The position numbers and the translations under genes are program-made. From contig NC_057753.1 of NCBI RefSeq assembly GCF_004010195.1, positions 14,649,366 to 14,700,361 of the forward strand: a stretch of DNA of 50,996 bases. Direction: 5' to 3'. This stretch comes from Chiloscyllium plagiosum. Taxonomy: Eukaryota. This document shows positions 37,012 through 47,835 of the stretch, one piece after another. The notes under the pieces are model-generated. The model made no database searches. It had not been told where the DNA came from and worked only from the letters and a program-made list of their open reading frames with translations. Position 1 is the stretch's first letter. The number at the start of each line of letters is the position of its first letter.

Positions 37012-37068
37012 TGAATAACGACTTCAAACTTATCTTCGGTGGTGGGACCAGACTGATCGTGGAGCCAA
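37012..37068 (+). CDS. TRAJ: J49, family A, NNDFKLIFGGGTRLIVEP
   Basis: RSS 36984-37011; donor GTAAGT. Confidence 0.9.
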
Positions 37069-37445
37069 GTAAGTGTGAGGGATTGTCACAGAATAATGTC
37101 CACGGGCTTGTGTTGGATAGCGATCATGAGTAGATCAGCAGAGATAATAATTCCCCAGACCACAGATACGGTACAGCAAGGGATGCCGTACTCAGTGTAA
37201 CATCCCCAGATTATCGGTGGGACTGACCCACCAGGCACTCTGCTCTGGGTTGGGATGACACTTTTATTTAATGGGAGGTGGACACTAATTCACATCAGTG
37301 GTGACTAAGAAAATACCTACACAGTGTTAGAGACCTGATCACAGCATTGAACAGTTGCAGTACACCCAAGTGTACCCACCAGAACATAAAGGTGGTAATG
37401 ATCACTCCACTGGGGTGGGTTTTTGCTGAGGGACGCAGTGCTGTG

Positions 37446-37508
37446 TGAATGATGGAGTTGGTTATAAGCATATCTTTGGAGAGGGGACAAAGTTAACCGT
37501 GGAGCCAA
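37446..37508 (+). CDS. TRAJ: J50, family B, NDGVGYKHIFGEGTKLTVEP
   Basis: RSS 37418-37445; donor GTAGGT. Confidence 0.9.
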
Positions 37509-37837
37509 GTAGGTATTCAGAAACACCCTGACACAGCTTATGTCTATCATAAGAGTTTGAGTTTGTCCACTCTATCTGTGCAAAGCATCCATTAAGATCT
37601 CCTCATCTGAAATTCACCTTGACTGTCAGGCGGACTCTACGTTTTTATTTATAGAGTATAGATCCTACAATGTCTGAGGAAATTAGCCTGTGTGGATTGT
37701 AACGGGAATTTCCCTGAGTACCTGGATTAGGGGGAATGGTTCGGGGGAAACCCAGGATAGATTTTGATAGCAAAACAGAGAGGCTGCTCAAAGCAAGAAC
37801 ACTGTCCAGCTGGACAGAGAAAACTCCTTCCACAGAG

Positions 37838-37852
37838 TGATAGCGGAGCCAA
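37838..37852 (+). pseudogene. TRAJ: J51, 3' stump of a family-A J with intact donor
   Basis: TGATAGCGGAGCCAA|GTAAGT fused to spacer sequence; RSS and most of the J deleted. Confidence 0.75.
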
Positions 37853-38204
37853 GTAAGTGTTGGGGATTGTCACAGAATCATGTCCATGGGCTTGTGTTGG
37901 ATAGTAGGTCAGCAGAGATAATAATTCCCCAGACCACAGCTACAGCACAGCAAGGGATACCGTACTCAGGGTGACATCCCCACATTATCGGTGGGACGGA
38001 CATACCAGCAGCTCTGCTCTGAGTTGGGATCAGGAGATGGGCCCCCTAACTCACATCAGTGCTGGATTAGAAAGTATTTCCACAGGGTTAGTGTTAGTGG
38101 GACAGCTTTGAGGAATGGCATAGCAAGTGTACCCACAAGTGAATAAAGATGGTAATGATCACGCCGCTGGGGTGGGTTTTTTTGCTGAGGGGCGCAGTGC
38201 TGGG

Positions 38205-38267
38205 TGAATGCTGAAGGTGCAAATCAGCTTATCTTCGGAGAGGGGACAAAGTTAAGCGTGGAGCCAA
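38205..38267 (+). pseudogene. TRAJ: J52, family B, NAEGANQLIFGEGTKLSVEP; open frame but heptamer TGCTGGG
   Basis: The essential terminal GTG (CAC) is mutated at 38198-38204. Confidence 0.72.
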
Positions 38268-39136
38268 GTAGGTCTTCAGGTATACCCCTACACAGCTTAT
38301 GTCTATTCTGTGAGTTTGTGTGTGTCCATTTTATCTGTACAAAACATCCACTAAGACTTCCACATGTGAAATTCCTCTTAAATATCTGGCTGTTTCCGTC
38401 CCTTTGCTTTAGACAGTGTAGATCCTATAATGTCTGAGGTGATTAGCCTTTGTGGGACTCATTCTGAGTACCTGGATCAAGGGGAAAGGTTCAGGAGAAA
38501 CCCAGGATAGAGTTAGATACAGACACTAATAGGCTCCTCAAAGCAGGAACACTGTCCAGTTGGACAGAGAAAGTTGCTTCCACAGAATACATTATCTGAA
38601 TACAAGTTATCACAAAGTTCTGATTAATTCCTGAGCACCCAAATCAATGCACGTGATTTCTGTAACGTGAAATCTCCATGTGGCCGGGTCCGCGCTTATC
38701 CAGTCCACAGTCAAACCACTCAGATATGATTGATTTATGTAGGTAGGTGGGTAGCAGGGACCAGAGAGAGAGAGAGAGAGAGAGAGAGTGAGGAGAGTCT
38801 ATCTCCGTTAAATGGATGCACTCGACCTCAGATTGCAAAAGTAAATCTCACAGAATAGTAGCTGACTCTGGAAGTATGGGTCAGACTATTTAAGGATGTG
38901 TGTGAATATTGTGAGAGGGAAGCAGGTTTCTGGAAGTTGTTCGTGACTGAGAGTGGAATCCAATGATTGTTACATTGTGAATGGACACCTTTTGGAAACT
39001 GATTTCAACTGATGAAAGCAATGTCATGAGTAATATCCCCAAAATGGGTGCCATCTGGCTGAAATGGTACCAGGGGTACTGACAAAGAACACTCACTAAC
39101 TCAGTGATGGTTTTTGTCAGGAAGTGTAGGGCCGTG

Positions 39137-39196
39137 TGAATTATGATAGCTACAAGCTTCTCTTTGGAGGTGGGACCAGACTGATCGTGCAGCCAC
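39137..39196 (+). CDS. TRAJ: J53, family A, NYDSYKLLFGGGTRLIVQP
   Basis: RSS 39109-39136 (heptamer GGCCGTG); donor GTAAGT. Confidence 0.85.
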
Positions 39197-39429
39197 GTAA
39201 GTGCTCACGGAATAATGTCCACAGGTTTGTGTTGGATAGCGATGATGAGTGACCAATCCTGGGAGAACGTGGAGTAAACTTTGGAAGGGAAATCTCTTAC
39301 GCTCAACAATGTTCATCTTTCCCCCATGGGACGAGACAGGCAGATGGTTTCACGAAATTAGGAAACCATTAGTGGCCCTAGCGTCCAGGCTATTAGATTG
39401 GAGATGCATCTATTATGAGATAAACTTTC

Positions 39430-39750
39430 ACCAGTCCATGCCGAACATAATCCCAAACTACTCTAGTCCCTCCTGCCCATTCCTGGCCCGTATCCCTCCA
39501 AACCTTTCCTACTCATGCCTCCATCCAAATGTCGTTCAAACGTTGTAATTGTACCCATACCCATCACTTCCTTAAGAGGTTCATTCGACACGTGCACCAC
39601 TCCCTGCGTTAAAAAATTCCCAACATGTCCCTTTTGAATCTTTCTCCTCTCACCTTAAAAGTGTGGCCCCGTCTCTTGAAAGCCCACACGCCCTAGGGAA
39701 AGCACTCTGCCATTCACCTTATCAATTCCACGCATGATTTTCTAAAACTT
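39430..39750 (-). mobile_element. Old CR1/HER1-type 3' fragment
   Basis: Similar to 1870-2170 (TATCCCTCCAAACC...TCTCACCTTAAA...ATGATTTT). Confidence 0.65.
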
Positions 39751-39804
39751 CGATGTCATTAGCACCGGATGTAACGTGGTGGGCTGCCCGCTTTTAAATT
39801 GCTC

Positions 39805-40800
39805 TGAATTGAATTGAATTGAATTTACTGCCGAGCGCACAATGAAAAGCTTTGTCTTGCGAGCAATACAGGCAGATCGCGGAGTTAATTAGCGTAGAGA
39901 AGTAAGTAATAGGTCAACAGCGGCAAACGCCAAAACACAGGCACAGGTGAAGGTTAAGAGTTTGTGAGCCCATTCAGTATTCTAACAACAGTAGGGGAGA
40001 AACTGTTTTGAAACCGGCTGGTGCATGTGTCCAGGCTTCTCCCCGATGGTAGAGGTTGTAGGAAAAACATTGCCGGGGTGGGATGGATCTTTGAGAATGC
40101 TGGTGGCCTTTCCTTGACAGCGGGGCCTGGTAGGTGGATTCTATAGATGGGAGATTGGGCCTTTGTGATTATCTGGGCCGAGTTCACCACTCTCTGTAAC
40201 CGCCTCCGGTTTTGGTTGCCATACCAGGGAGTGATACACCCAGACAGAGTGCTCTCGATGGCGCACCTATAAAAGTTGGCAAGGGGGATTCACCGTCATG
40301 CCCAAATTTCCTCAGCTGCCCGAGGAAGAAGAGACGTTGTTGGGCCTTTGTAACCAGTGCGTCCACATGAAGAGTCCGAGAAAGCATGTTGTGGATGACC
40401 AGTCCACTCGTTGCTGTTAATGTGTAGGGGGATGTAACATCCCGCCGAAAGTCAATAATGAGTTCCTTGGATTTGCCGGCATTGAGAGCTAGGTTGTTCT
40501 CAGGGCACCATTTTTCCAGGTCTTCCACCTCCCGGCTGTAGTCTGTTTCATCGCTATCTGAGATTCGACCAGTGGTGGTGTCAACAGAGAACTTGTAAAT
40601 GGCATTAGTCTGGTATTTGGCGACGCAGTCATGGGTATACAGTGAGCACAGTAGGGGGCTGAGTACGCACCCCTTGGGGGGGGCTCCAGTGTTGAGTGTT
40701 AGTGAGGATAAGCTACTGTCCCCAATCTTCACTGATTGTGGCCTGTGGGTCAGGAAACTGAGGGTCCAGTTGGCGAGAGTGGGGCTTAGTGCGAGATCAC
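39805..40800 (-). mobile_element. Rex1/Babar-like LINE 3' fragment
   Basis: ORF 40184-40822(-) [36 protein letters not shown]; (TGAAT)n tail at 39805-39825. Confidence 0.8.
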
Positions 40801-40866
40801 TGGAAGTACAGATAAAGAACAAGGACTAACTCAGAGAGGGTTTTTGTCAGGAAGTGTAGGGCTGTG

Positions 40867-40926
40867 TGAATGTTGGCATCAACAAGCTTATCTTTGGAGC
40901 TGGGACCAGACTGATAGTGAAGCCAA
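40867..40926 (+). CDS. TRAJ: J54, family A, NVGINKLIFGAGTRLIVKP
   Basis: RSS 40839-40866; donor GTAAGT. Confidence 0.9.
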
Positions 40927-41117
40927 GTAAGTGTTGGGGATTTTCACACAATAATGTGGGTTTGATGAACAGAATGACCCTCAGTGAGACAGCAGAGGTA
41001 ACTCGGGAAGCGTTGAGGTGAAATGAAGCCAGTGTAATGAGGGTAAGGGCTGTGTTAGTGCTGGGAGATTGGGAAATGGGCCCACCTTGAGTTCTCGTTC
41101 AGGGATGAGACACTGTG

Positions 41118-41178
41118 TGGGATTCAGGAAGCTTTAGTAAGCTGGTGCTTGGAGCTGACACCAAGCTGACAGTAAGAG
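41118..41178 (+). pseudogene. TRAJ: J55, divergent J, WDSGSFSKLVLGADTKLTVR (LGAD instead of FGxG)
   Basis: Canonical heptamer CACTGTG 41111-41117, weak nonamer AGTTCTCGT 41090-41098, weak phase-1 donor GTCAAG. Confidence 0.65.
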
Positions 41179-41473
41179 GTCAAGAACGGCTAGCAACAAG
41201 TGGTCACGTCAGGTCACTCTCAGCCCAATCATTGAATTAGTGTCCGGTTGGTACACAGACGACAGGCACACCTCAGAACAATCGATCTGCAAGTTAATAG
41301 CAGCACGAAGGCGTTAGAATGATTTCTTTTTTAAGAAAATTGATTGAGATGAGATGGGGAAATGCAAAGGTAGGCACCAAGATTGAGTAATGTGTGGATG
41401 TGACATTCAGTGGTGGCCATGTGAAGTCAATACGCCTGGTATCAGGATTTCAGCCCTGTTCTGCTATGCTGTG

Positions 41474-41531
41474 GGTAATAACTCCAAAAAGACCACGTTT
41501 GGATCTGGAACCAGACTAAACATGGGACCCG
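41474..41531 (+). pseudogene. TRAJ: J56, divergent J, GNNSKKTTFGSGTRLNMGP, donor GG
   Basis: Heptamer TGCTGTG 41467-41473, poor nonamer, G|GGAAGT. Confidence 0.68.
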
Positions 41532-41849
41532 GGAAGTGAAATCCCCTTCCGCATTTTTCCAGGGACCGTTATTGTCCTTGAAATGAAGTGTCGTTACTGA
41601 CTCTGGTCAGAAATTAGCATCTGAGAACCCGAATCAGCAAAGACCTTACATCCAGAGACTCTTGCGTCTTCAAAGCCGAAGACTGAGGAGTTAACTCAGA
41701 GAGAGCTTTTTCATCTTTTAGTTGGTTTTGACAAAGAGGAAGTTTGTTTTTACAGTCCCCAATTACGGAATATCGAGTCAGGGGGAAATTTGGATGAGTT
41801 GCCTGGATCCAGATAATATTTCTACGGGGGCAGTTCAGAGGAAGCTCAC

Positions 41850-42225
41850 TTATGGGAGGGATTGCTTTCCGAAGAAAGATTGAACAGTTTGTGACTGCAC
41901 TCCAGGGAGTTGTGGAGAATGAGAGGTGATCTCATTGAAAAATACCTGATTTTTCAGGGGTGTGAGAGGGTCAATGCTGAGAGGGATTCCCTCTCATGGG
42001 TGAGTCCAGGACCAGAGGGGCACAGGTTCAGAATAAAGGGGCACCAATTTCAGAGTGAGATGGGGAGGAATTCCTTTTTGCCAAAGGGTGGATCTCTTTA
42101 GCTCTTGACAGCTGTGGGAGTAGAGTCCTTGTGTACATTTAAGGCCGAGGCAGAGAGATCCCCAGCCAGTTGGGGAATCCGGGCAAAGAACAGGAAGGTG
42201 GAGATGAGGAATGTCAGACTAGCCA
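41850..42225 (+). mobile_element. Old CR1-type LINE 3' fragment
   Basis: ORF 41910 WRMRGDLIEKY..GHRFRIKG..RNSF. Confidence 0.7.
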
Positions 42226-42815
42226 CAATCCCATTTCTTATCGCGATGAAAGGTTTTAAAACTCGTTTCAGAGTGTCAGGTATAGAATGAAATTACATAC
42301 TGAAACAGAGCAGCTGCATTGAGAGACCTGTTTCTTTGGTGTAAGCTATGTTAACACGTTATTGTAATCGTATGGTCAATTCTCAAACTATCAATAAACG
42401 TGCTTATCCAGGGGCCGTTAGACACTGACGATCTAATACGTTTGTGTCTCTGTACATCACCGACATCATTCAGACATTAAAGTGAGAGAGGGATAGAAAT
42501 GGGAACAGGCACAGAGAGAGGGGGGAGAGAAGTAATTCTACATTTAATAAGTGAATGAGTGCCTTTGTAGGCTGGAACAGGAAAATTCCCTGCCTCTGGG
42601 CGATTGTGTGTGGGACCGTTTCGAGAATGTTATGAGAGGGGAGCTCATTCATGGGTGTGAAGGTTGGGACCATTTCGCGTTCAAAATCCCAGGGAGAGCA
42701 TTCTGAGAATTGTCAGGAAATGGTGGATGTGGGACGGGAGCCTGGTCATTTCCATTTGCCTTGGTTGGGTTGGACTGACTCAGAGAGGGTTTTTGTCAGG
42801 GAGGGAAGGGCTGTG

Positions 42816-42875
42816 TGTATACTGCTACTGATGCCCTTGTATTCGGCGGTGGGACCAAACTCCTCGTGGAACCCA
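42816..42875 (+). CDS. TRAJ: J57, divergent A-related J, YTATDALVFGGGTKLLVEP
   Basis: RSS 42788-42815; donor GTAAGT. Confidence 0.9.
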
Positions 42876-43022
42876 GTAAGTCCTGGATTTTCAACGGGCA
42901 GGCTCGATTTTAAGAAATTATTGCCAACAGTTTCGCAGAAATGACAGTGAGACTAGGTCAGTGTGTATCTCGCTGTCTCATAAGCCCAGCTTGAGTTTTT
43001 GTTGAGGGGATGAGACACTGAG

Positions 43023-43085
43023 TGGATGCTGGGACCCTTGGTCAATTGGCATTTGGAGATGGCACCAAACTCATTGTCCGCCGTG
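43023..43085 (+). other. TRAJ: J58, divergent J ORF, DAGTLGQLAFGDGTKLIVRR; RSS questionable
   Basis: Nonamer AGTTTTTGT 42994-43002, 13-nt spacer, heptamer CACTGAG; donor GTAAGA. Confidence 0.75.
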
Positions 43086-43413
43086 GTAAGAGTTTCTCAA
43101 GTGGCTGTGGAGTTTAGTGTTGAGGCTAGTGCTAGATTCTGGTCAAGGCGAGGAATGTGTGGGGAGATGAGGAAGCCATGTTCAGTGATTTTCTTCCTAT
43201 TGTTGACAGAATGCTGGCCCAGAATGCACCTGTGCAACGTGTAGAAATAATCGATTAGTTCCCTGGGTGGGTGAATTTACAGCCAGGGTTGGGGGTTTGG
43301 GGGTGTTAATTGAAAAGGATAGACCCTCACAATCTGTTTTTGGAATAAAGTACTTGCATATACACTTGAAGTGTCACAGCATTCAAGAACTTGAGGCTGA
43401 GTGCCGGAGGATA

Positions 43414-44183
43414 GGGTCACGGTGACTCAGTGGTGAGCACTGCTGCTGCACAGCGCCCGGGGCCCAGGTTCGATTCCAGCCTCGGGCGACTGCCTGTGTG
43501 GAATTTCTGGTGGACTGGCCGTGCTAAATTGTCCCATAGAGTCCAGGGATGTGCAGGTTAAGGTGGATTGGCCGTGCTAAATTATCCATAGTGTCCAGGG
43601 ATTTGCAGGTTAGGGTGGATTGGCCGTGCTAAATTATACATAGTGCCCGGGGTGTGCAGGTTAGGGTGGATTGGCTGTGCTAAATTATCCATAGTGTCCA
43701 GGGATTTGCAGGTTAGGGTGGATTGGCCGTGCTAAATTATCCAGTGTCCAGGGATGTGCAGGTTAGGGTGGATTGGCCGTGCTAAATTATCCATAGTGTC
43801 CAGGGATTTGCAGGTTAGGGTGGATTGGCAATGTGAAATTACCCATAGTGCCCAGGGGTGTACAGGTTAAGGTGGATTGGCCATGCTAAATTACCCATAG
43901 TGCCCAGGGATGTGCAGGTTAGGGTGGATTAGCCGTGCTAGATTACCCATAGTGCCCAGGGGTGTGCAGGTTAGGATGGATTGGCTATGCTAAATTACCC
44001 ACAGTGCCCAGGAATGTGCAGGTTAGGGTGGATTGGCAGTGCTAGATTACCCATAGTGCCCAGGGATGTGCAGGTTAGGGTGGATTGGCCGTGAGAATTA
44101 GAGGGATTGGATGGGATGCTCTTCAGAGGGTCTGTGTGGACTCGATGGGCCTAATGGCCTGCTTCCACACTGTAGGGGATTCT
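43414..44183 (+). mobile_element. HE1-type SINE with internal ~11 x 52-bp tandem expansion
   Basis: tRNA-like head; unit TGGCCGTGCTAAATTATCCATAGTGTCCAGGGATGTGCAGGTTAGGGTGGAT; LINE-like tail. Confidence 0.88.
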
Positions 44184-44275
44184 GCGAGGGTGGGGGGAGA
44201 CTTGGTGGCCCTCCAGTCAGTGTGTTGCCTGAGCACTGAGTACAGAGGGTTTCTGCATGGGGGTGTAACGCTGTG

Positions 44276-44335
44276 GGAGTTATGATGCTGGCAAGCTCAC
44301 CTTTGGCTCTGGGACCAAACTCATTGTGCAACCGA
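44276..44335 (+). CDS. TRAJ: J59, 3'-most J, SYDAGKLTFGSGTKLIVQP
   Basis: RSS 44248-44275 (GGTTTCTGC / CGCTGTG); donor GTAAGT. Confidence 0.88.
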
Positions 44336-44814
44336 GTAAGTGAATCGCAGTCTTGTTTTATCACACTGAGAATGAGATTTATTGCCTCTAGTATTGTTCA
44401 AACTTTCCTCATAGCTGTCGGGAAACACTGGGCATGAAAGCCAGCAAAGAGGTTTGATCGATATGTCAATGGGAGGTGCTGGCGGAAGAGCCTTGGGTAT
44501 CATTAATATCAAGAGTTCCTGACACATTTAACACAAAATTCAGGATAAGCCTAGATACAGGCTTGAGCAGTTAGCCCTCATTTGTCCCGCATTGCCCCGG
44601 GCAGAGATACCAAGCTATTTTAATTCAAGGATGATGATCGAACAGTTTTTGAATTGTGTGTATGTCTGTCAGTCATTATTAAGCTGCTGATAATAATTTG
44701 CCTTGTTCTGATAACCGGCCCATCTGATAATGCCTCAGCCTATGCCCTCAACTCTAAAATGGATGAGGGTTCAGATTTCCGTCTCCACTAGATCTTGCTC
44801 TCATTTTTCTTAAG

Positions 44815-45620
44815 TCACAGAATCAGAGAATCCCCACAGTGTGGAAACAGGCCCTTCGGCCCAACAAGTCCACGCCAACCCTCCGAAGAGTAACCCACCC
44901 AGACTAATTCCCCTCTACCCTATATTTACCCCTGACTTATGCACCTAACCTACACATCCCTAAACACTATGGGCAACTTAGCATGGCCAATTCACCCTAA
45001 CCTACACATCCCTGGGCACTATGGGTAATTTAGCACGGCCAATTCACCCTAACCAGCACATCCCTGGGCACTGTGGGTAATTCAGCACGGCCAATCCACC
45101 CTAACCTGCACATCCCTGGACGCTATGGGTAATTTAGCACGGCCAACCCACCCTAACCTGCACATCCCTGGGCACTGTGGGTAATTTAGCGTGGCCAATC
45201 CACCCTAACCTGCACATCCCTGGGCACTATGGGTAATTTGGCACAGACAATCCACCCTAACCTGCACATCCCTGGGCGCTATGGGTAATTTAGCACGGCC
45301 AACCCACCCTAACCTGCACATCCCTGGGCACTGTGGGTAATTTAGCACGGCCAATTCACCCTAACCTACACATCCATGAACACTATGGTTAATTTAGCAT
45401 GGCCAATCCACCCTAACCTACGCATCCCTAAACACTATAGGTAATTTAGCACAGCCAATCGACCCTAACCTGCACATCTTTGAACTTAAAGAGGAAACCG
45501 GAGCAAACCCACGCAGATACGGGGAGAATGTGCAAACTCCACACAGACCAAGGCTAGAATTGAACCCAGGTCCCTAGCGCTGTGAGGCAGTGGTGCTAAT
45601 CACTGAGCCGCCATGCCATC
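44815..45620 (-). mobile_element. HE1-type SINE, inverted, with ~10 x 52-bp tandem expansion
   Basis: Reverse complement of the same unit at ~44945-45480; head at ~45555-45620. Confidence 0.88.
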
Positions 45621-46076
45621 TCACCCCAAGTGCTAGGAAATGGGATTAGAACAGGGAGGTGTATGCTTCTGGCTAGCACAAACCTGATGGGCTGAAGGGT
45701 AATTTTCTTGTGTTTTCTCTGACTCCCTTTGTTGATAGACAGAAAATCAATGCCTCGTCATTTAGTCAGAGGGTTTTACAAAATAATATTTCGAATCTTA
45801 TCTGTCAGACCCATGCTTGCGATAACCTGAGTACTACCGTCAGGGGAACTACAGAAAGTACAGAGATTTGGTTACAGGAGGATAACTGATGGTGATGTTG
45901 CCGAGCGGTTGGGCAGGGGAATAACTGAGGGAACAGCGGGGTGCGGAGAAATCACACATTAGCCCAGTTGTGAAAACCAAGTAAGCATTGTTTGTCATAG
46001 GAAAAGTCTAATGGCACATGAGAGATTAGCCCTGGCTCTCTCCACAGATGCTGCCAGACTTGCTGAGTTTCTCCAG

Positions 46077-46111
<35 letters not shown>

Positions 46112-46527
46112 CGATCTCTGCTTGTGCATTTGTTTGGGAGTTCAAGCATCCCTTGGTGTTCACACTCGGCACAGGAAAGGGGTGACAGGTTTTTTGTACG
46201 CTGCATGTGGAGTTGTATATCTCAGCCATACGATACACAGTCCTGCATTGTGTGATAGAGAGAGAGAGAAAAAAAAACAGAGTGGGGCACTCTCAGAAGC
46301 AAGTTAGGATCATAAGAGGTAGAGTCAATGATAAAGTCCCTCTGTCAAGACCGAGAGACACTCAATCCTGGGAGGGAGGGAGGAGGGGGTGTGAAGGAAA
46401 TTCACTGGGATGTTGCCTGAGATGGAGCATAGGCTCAGAGTATTTGGAACAGACTCAGCTGGCAAAGTAGCCTTTGCTGTACTGTGATAATGTCACTGTT
46501 AAAGGCTTGGCTGAAGCCAAGGGTTTG

Positions 46528-47027
46528 NNNNNNNNNNNNNNNNNNNNNNNNNNNNNNNNNNNNNNNNNNNNNNNNNNNNNNNNNNNNNNNNNNNNNNNNN
46601 NNNNNNNNNNNNNNNNNNNNNNNNNNNNNNNNNNNNNNNNNNNNNNNNNNNNNNNNNNNNNNNNNNNNNNNNNNNNNNNNNNNNNNNNNNNNNNNNNNNN
46701 NNNNNNNNNNNNNNNNNNNNNNNNNNNNNNNNNNNNNNNNNNNNNNNNNNNNNNNNNNNNNNNNNNNNNNNNNNNNNNNNNNNNNNNNNNNNNNNNNNNN
46801 NNNNNNNNNNNNNNNNNNNNNNNNNNNNNNNNNNNNNNNNNNNNNNNNNNNNNNNNNNNNNNNNNNNNNNNNNNNNNNNNNNNNNNNNNNNNNNNNNNNN
46901 NNNNNNNNNNNNNNNNNNNNNNNNNNNNNNNNNNNNNNNNNNNNNNNNNNNNNNNNNNNNNNNNNNNNNNNNNNNNNNNNNNNNNNNNNNNNNNNNNNNN
47001 NNNNNNNNNNNNNNNNNNNNNNNNNNN
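46528..47027. other. Assembly gap (500 N)
   Basis: Run of n. Confidence 1.
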
Positions 47028-47139
47028 ATCAATCTGTTCAAGAGATGTTATTACACACACCTTTCAGGAGTAGTGGGGGGACTCGGAGCTGGGTTTACCT
47101 AGTTCAGAAGTAGGGGCAGTACCACTACACCACCATAGG

Positions 47140-47835
47140 CCTCCCAGTATGTAGGGAGACCAAACCTGCACGCGATATTCCTGGTGAGGGCTCACCAAGC
47201 CTCTGTTTAATCTGCAGTAAACTTACACAATAGGTGCAGACAAAGGGCAGTTGGCCCCATTGATACAATCGTGGTGGATCATCGAACTCCTTAACCTGTT
47301 CATGGATTTTGTCCGTGCCCTATGATCCCCTTCACCCAAGGCGCTATAACCAACTCCTTCTGGAAATCAAGCAATGCTTTGGCCTTGGCTGTTTGGTGGT
47401 GAATTCTGCACCCTCCCCACTCTGGGCGAAGACATCCCTTCTCAGTCCGAAATGATTTACCCGCTTTGCTTGAATTTGACCCCCTGGTATTGGGACATCC
47501 CCCTGTCCCCTTCCCCCAAACCGGGAACATCCTTCACGCCTTGTCTTGTTCTGTTAGTATCTCTCAGGTTTGTAAGCAACTCCATTCTCTATAAACTCCA
47601 GTGAATATCGTCCTAACCGATTCAGCCTATCCTCTTTTGTCAGCCCTGTCATCCCAGCAATCAGTCCGGGTGAACGTTCACTGCACTCCCTCTTTAGCAA
47701 GAATAAGGAGAGCAAAACTGCGCCCAGTGTTCCAGGTGTGGTCCCACCAAGGCCCCTGTACGATTGCAGCAAGACATCCCTGCTCCTGTATTATAATCCT
47801 CTTACTATGAAGGCCAATGTGTGCGTTCCTAATCG
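47140..47835 (-). mobile_element. Degenerate CR1-type LINE fragments
   Basis: Minus ORF GLIAGMTGLTKEDRLNRLGRYSLEF. Confidence 0.65.

Larger units (their letters stand above)
1..44335 (+). other. TRAJ: T-cell receptor alpha J-segment cluster (60 J loci, ~48 apparently intact), cartilaginous fish
   Basis: Repeated 12-RSS + FGxGT J exon + phase-1 GT donor, all on +. A very large J array with no interspersed D or C is the TRA arrangement (inference from known locus organisation). Confidence 0.9.

Noticed and set aside
1289..38437. Recurrent ORFs such as MPQVYP..GVGFCWGTQCCV..FGEGTKLTVEPSRYS and their antisense counterparts
   Set aside because: Read-through of RSS, J and intron, mostly from non-ATG starts; they recur because the cassette is duplicated
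900..41000. CRISPR-like or diversity-generating-retroelement reading of constant-variable-constant units
   Set aside because: The units are RSS + J exons about 0.4-1 kb apart in vertebrate DNA; there are no cas genes and all RT fragments are LINE-type
41048..41095. GGCTGTG followed by SAGRLGNGPTL, a possible J relic
   Set aside because: No nonamer, no F/W-G-x-G and no donor
1..44335. Assignment to Ig light chain, IgNAR, TRB, TRG or TRD
   Set aside because: Those loci have few Js per C or have D segments; 60 tandem 12-RSS Js with no V, D or C fit TRA best
46455..47113. Long ORFs of 180-209 aa
   Set aside because: Artefacts of the N gap
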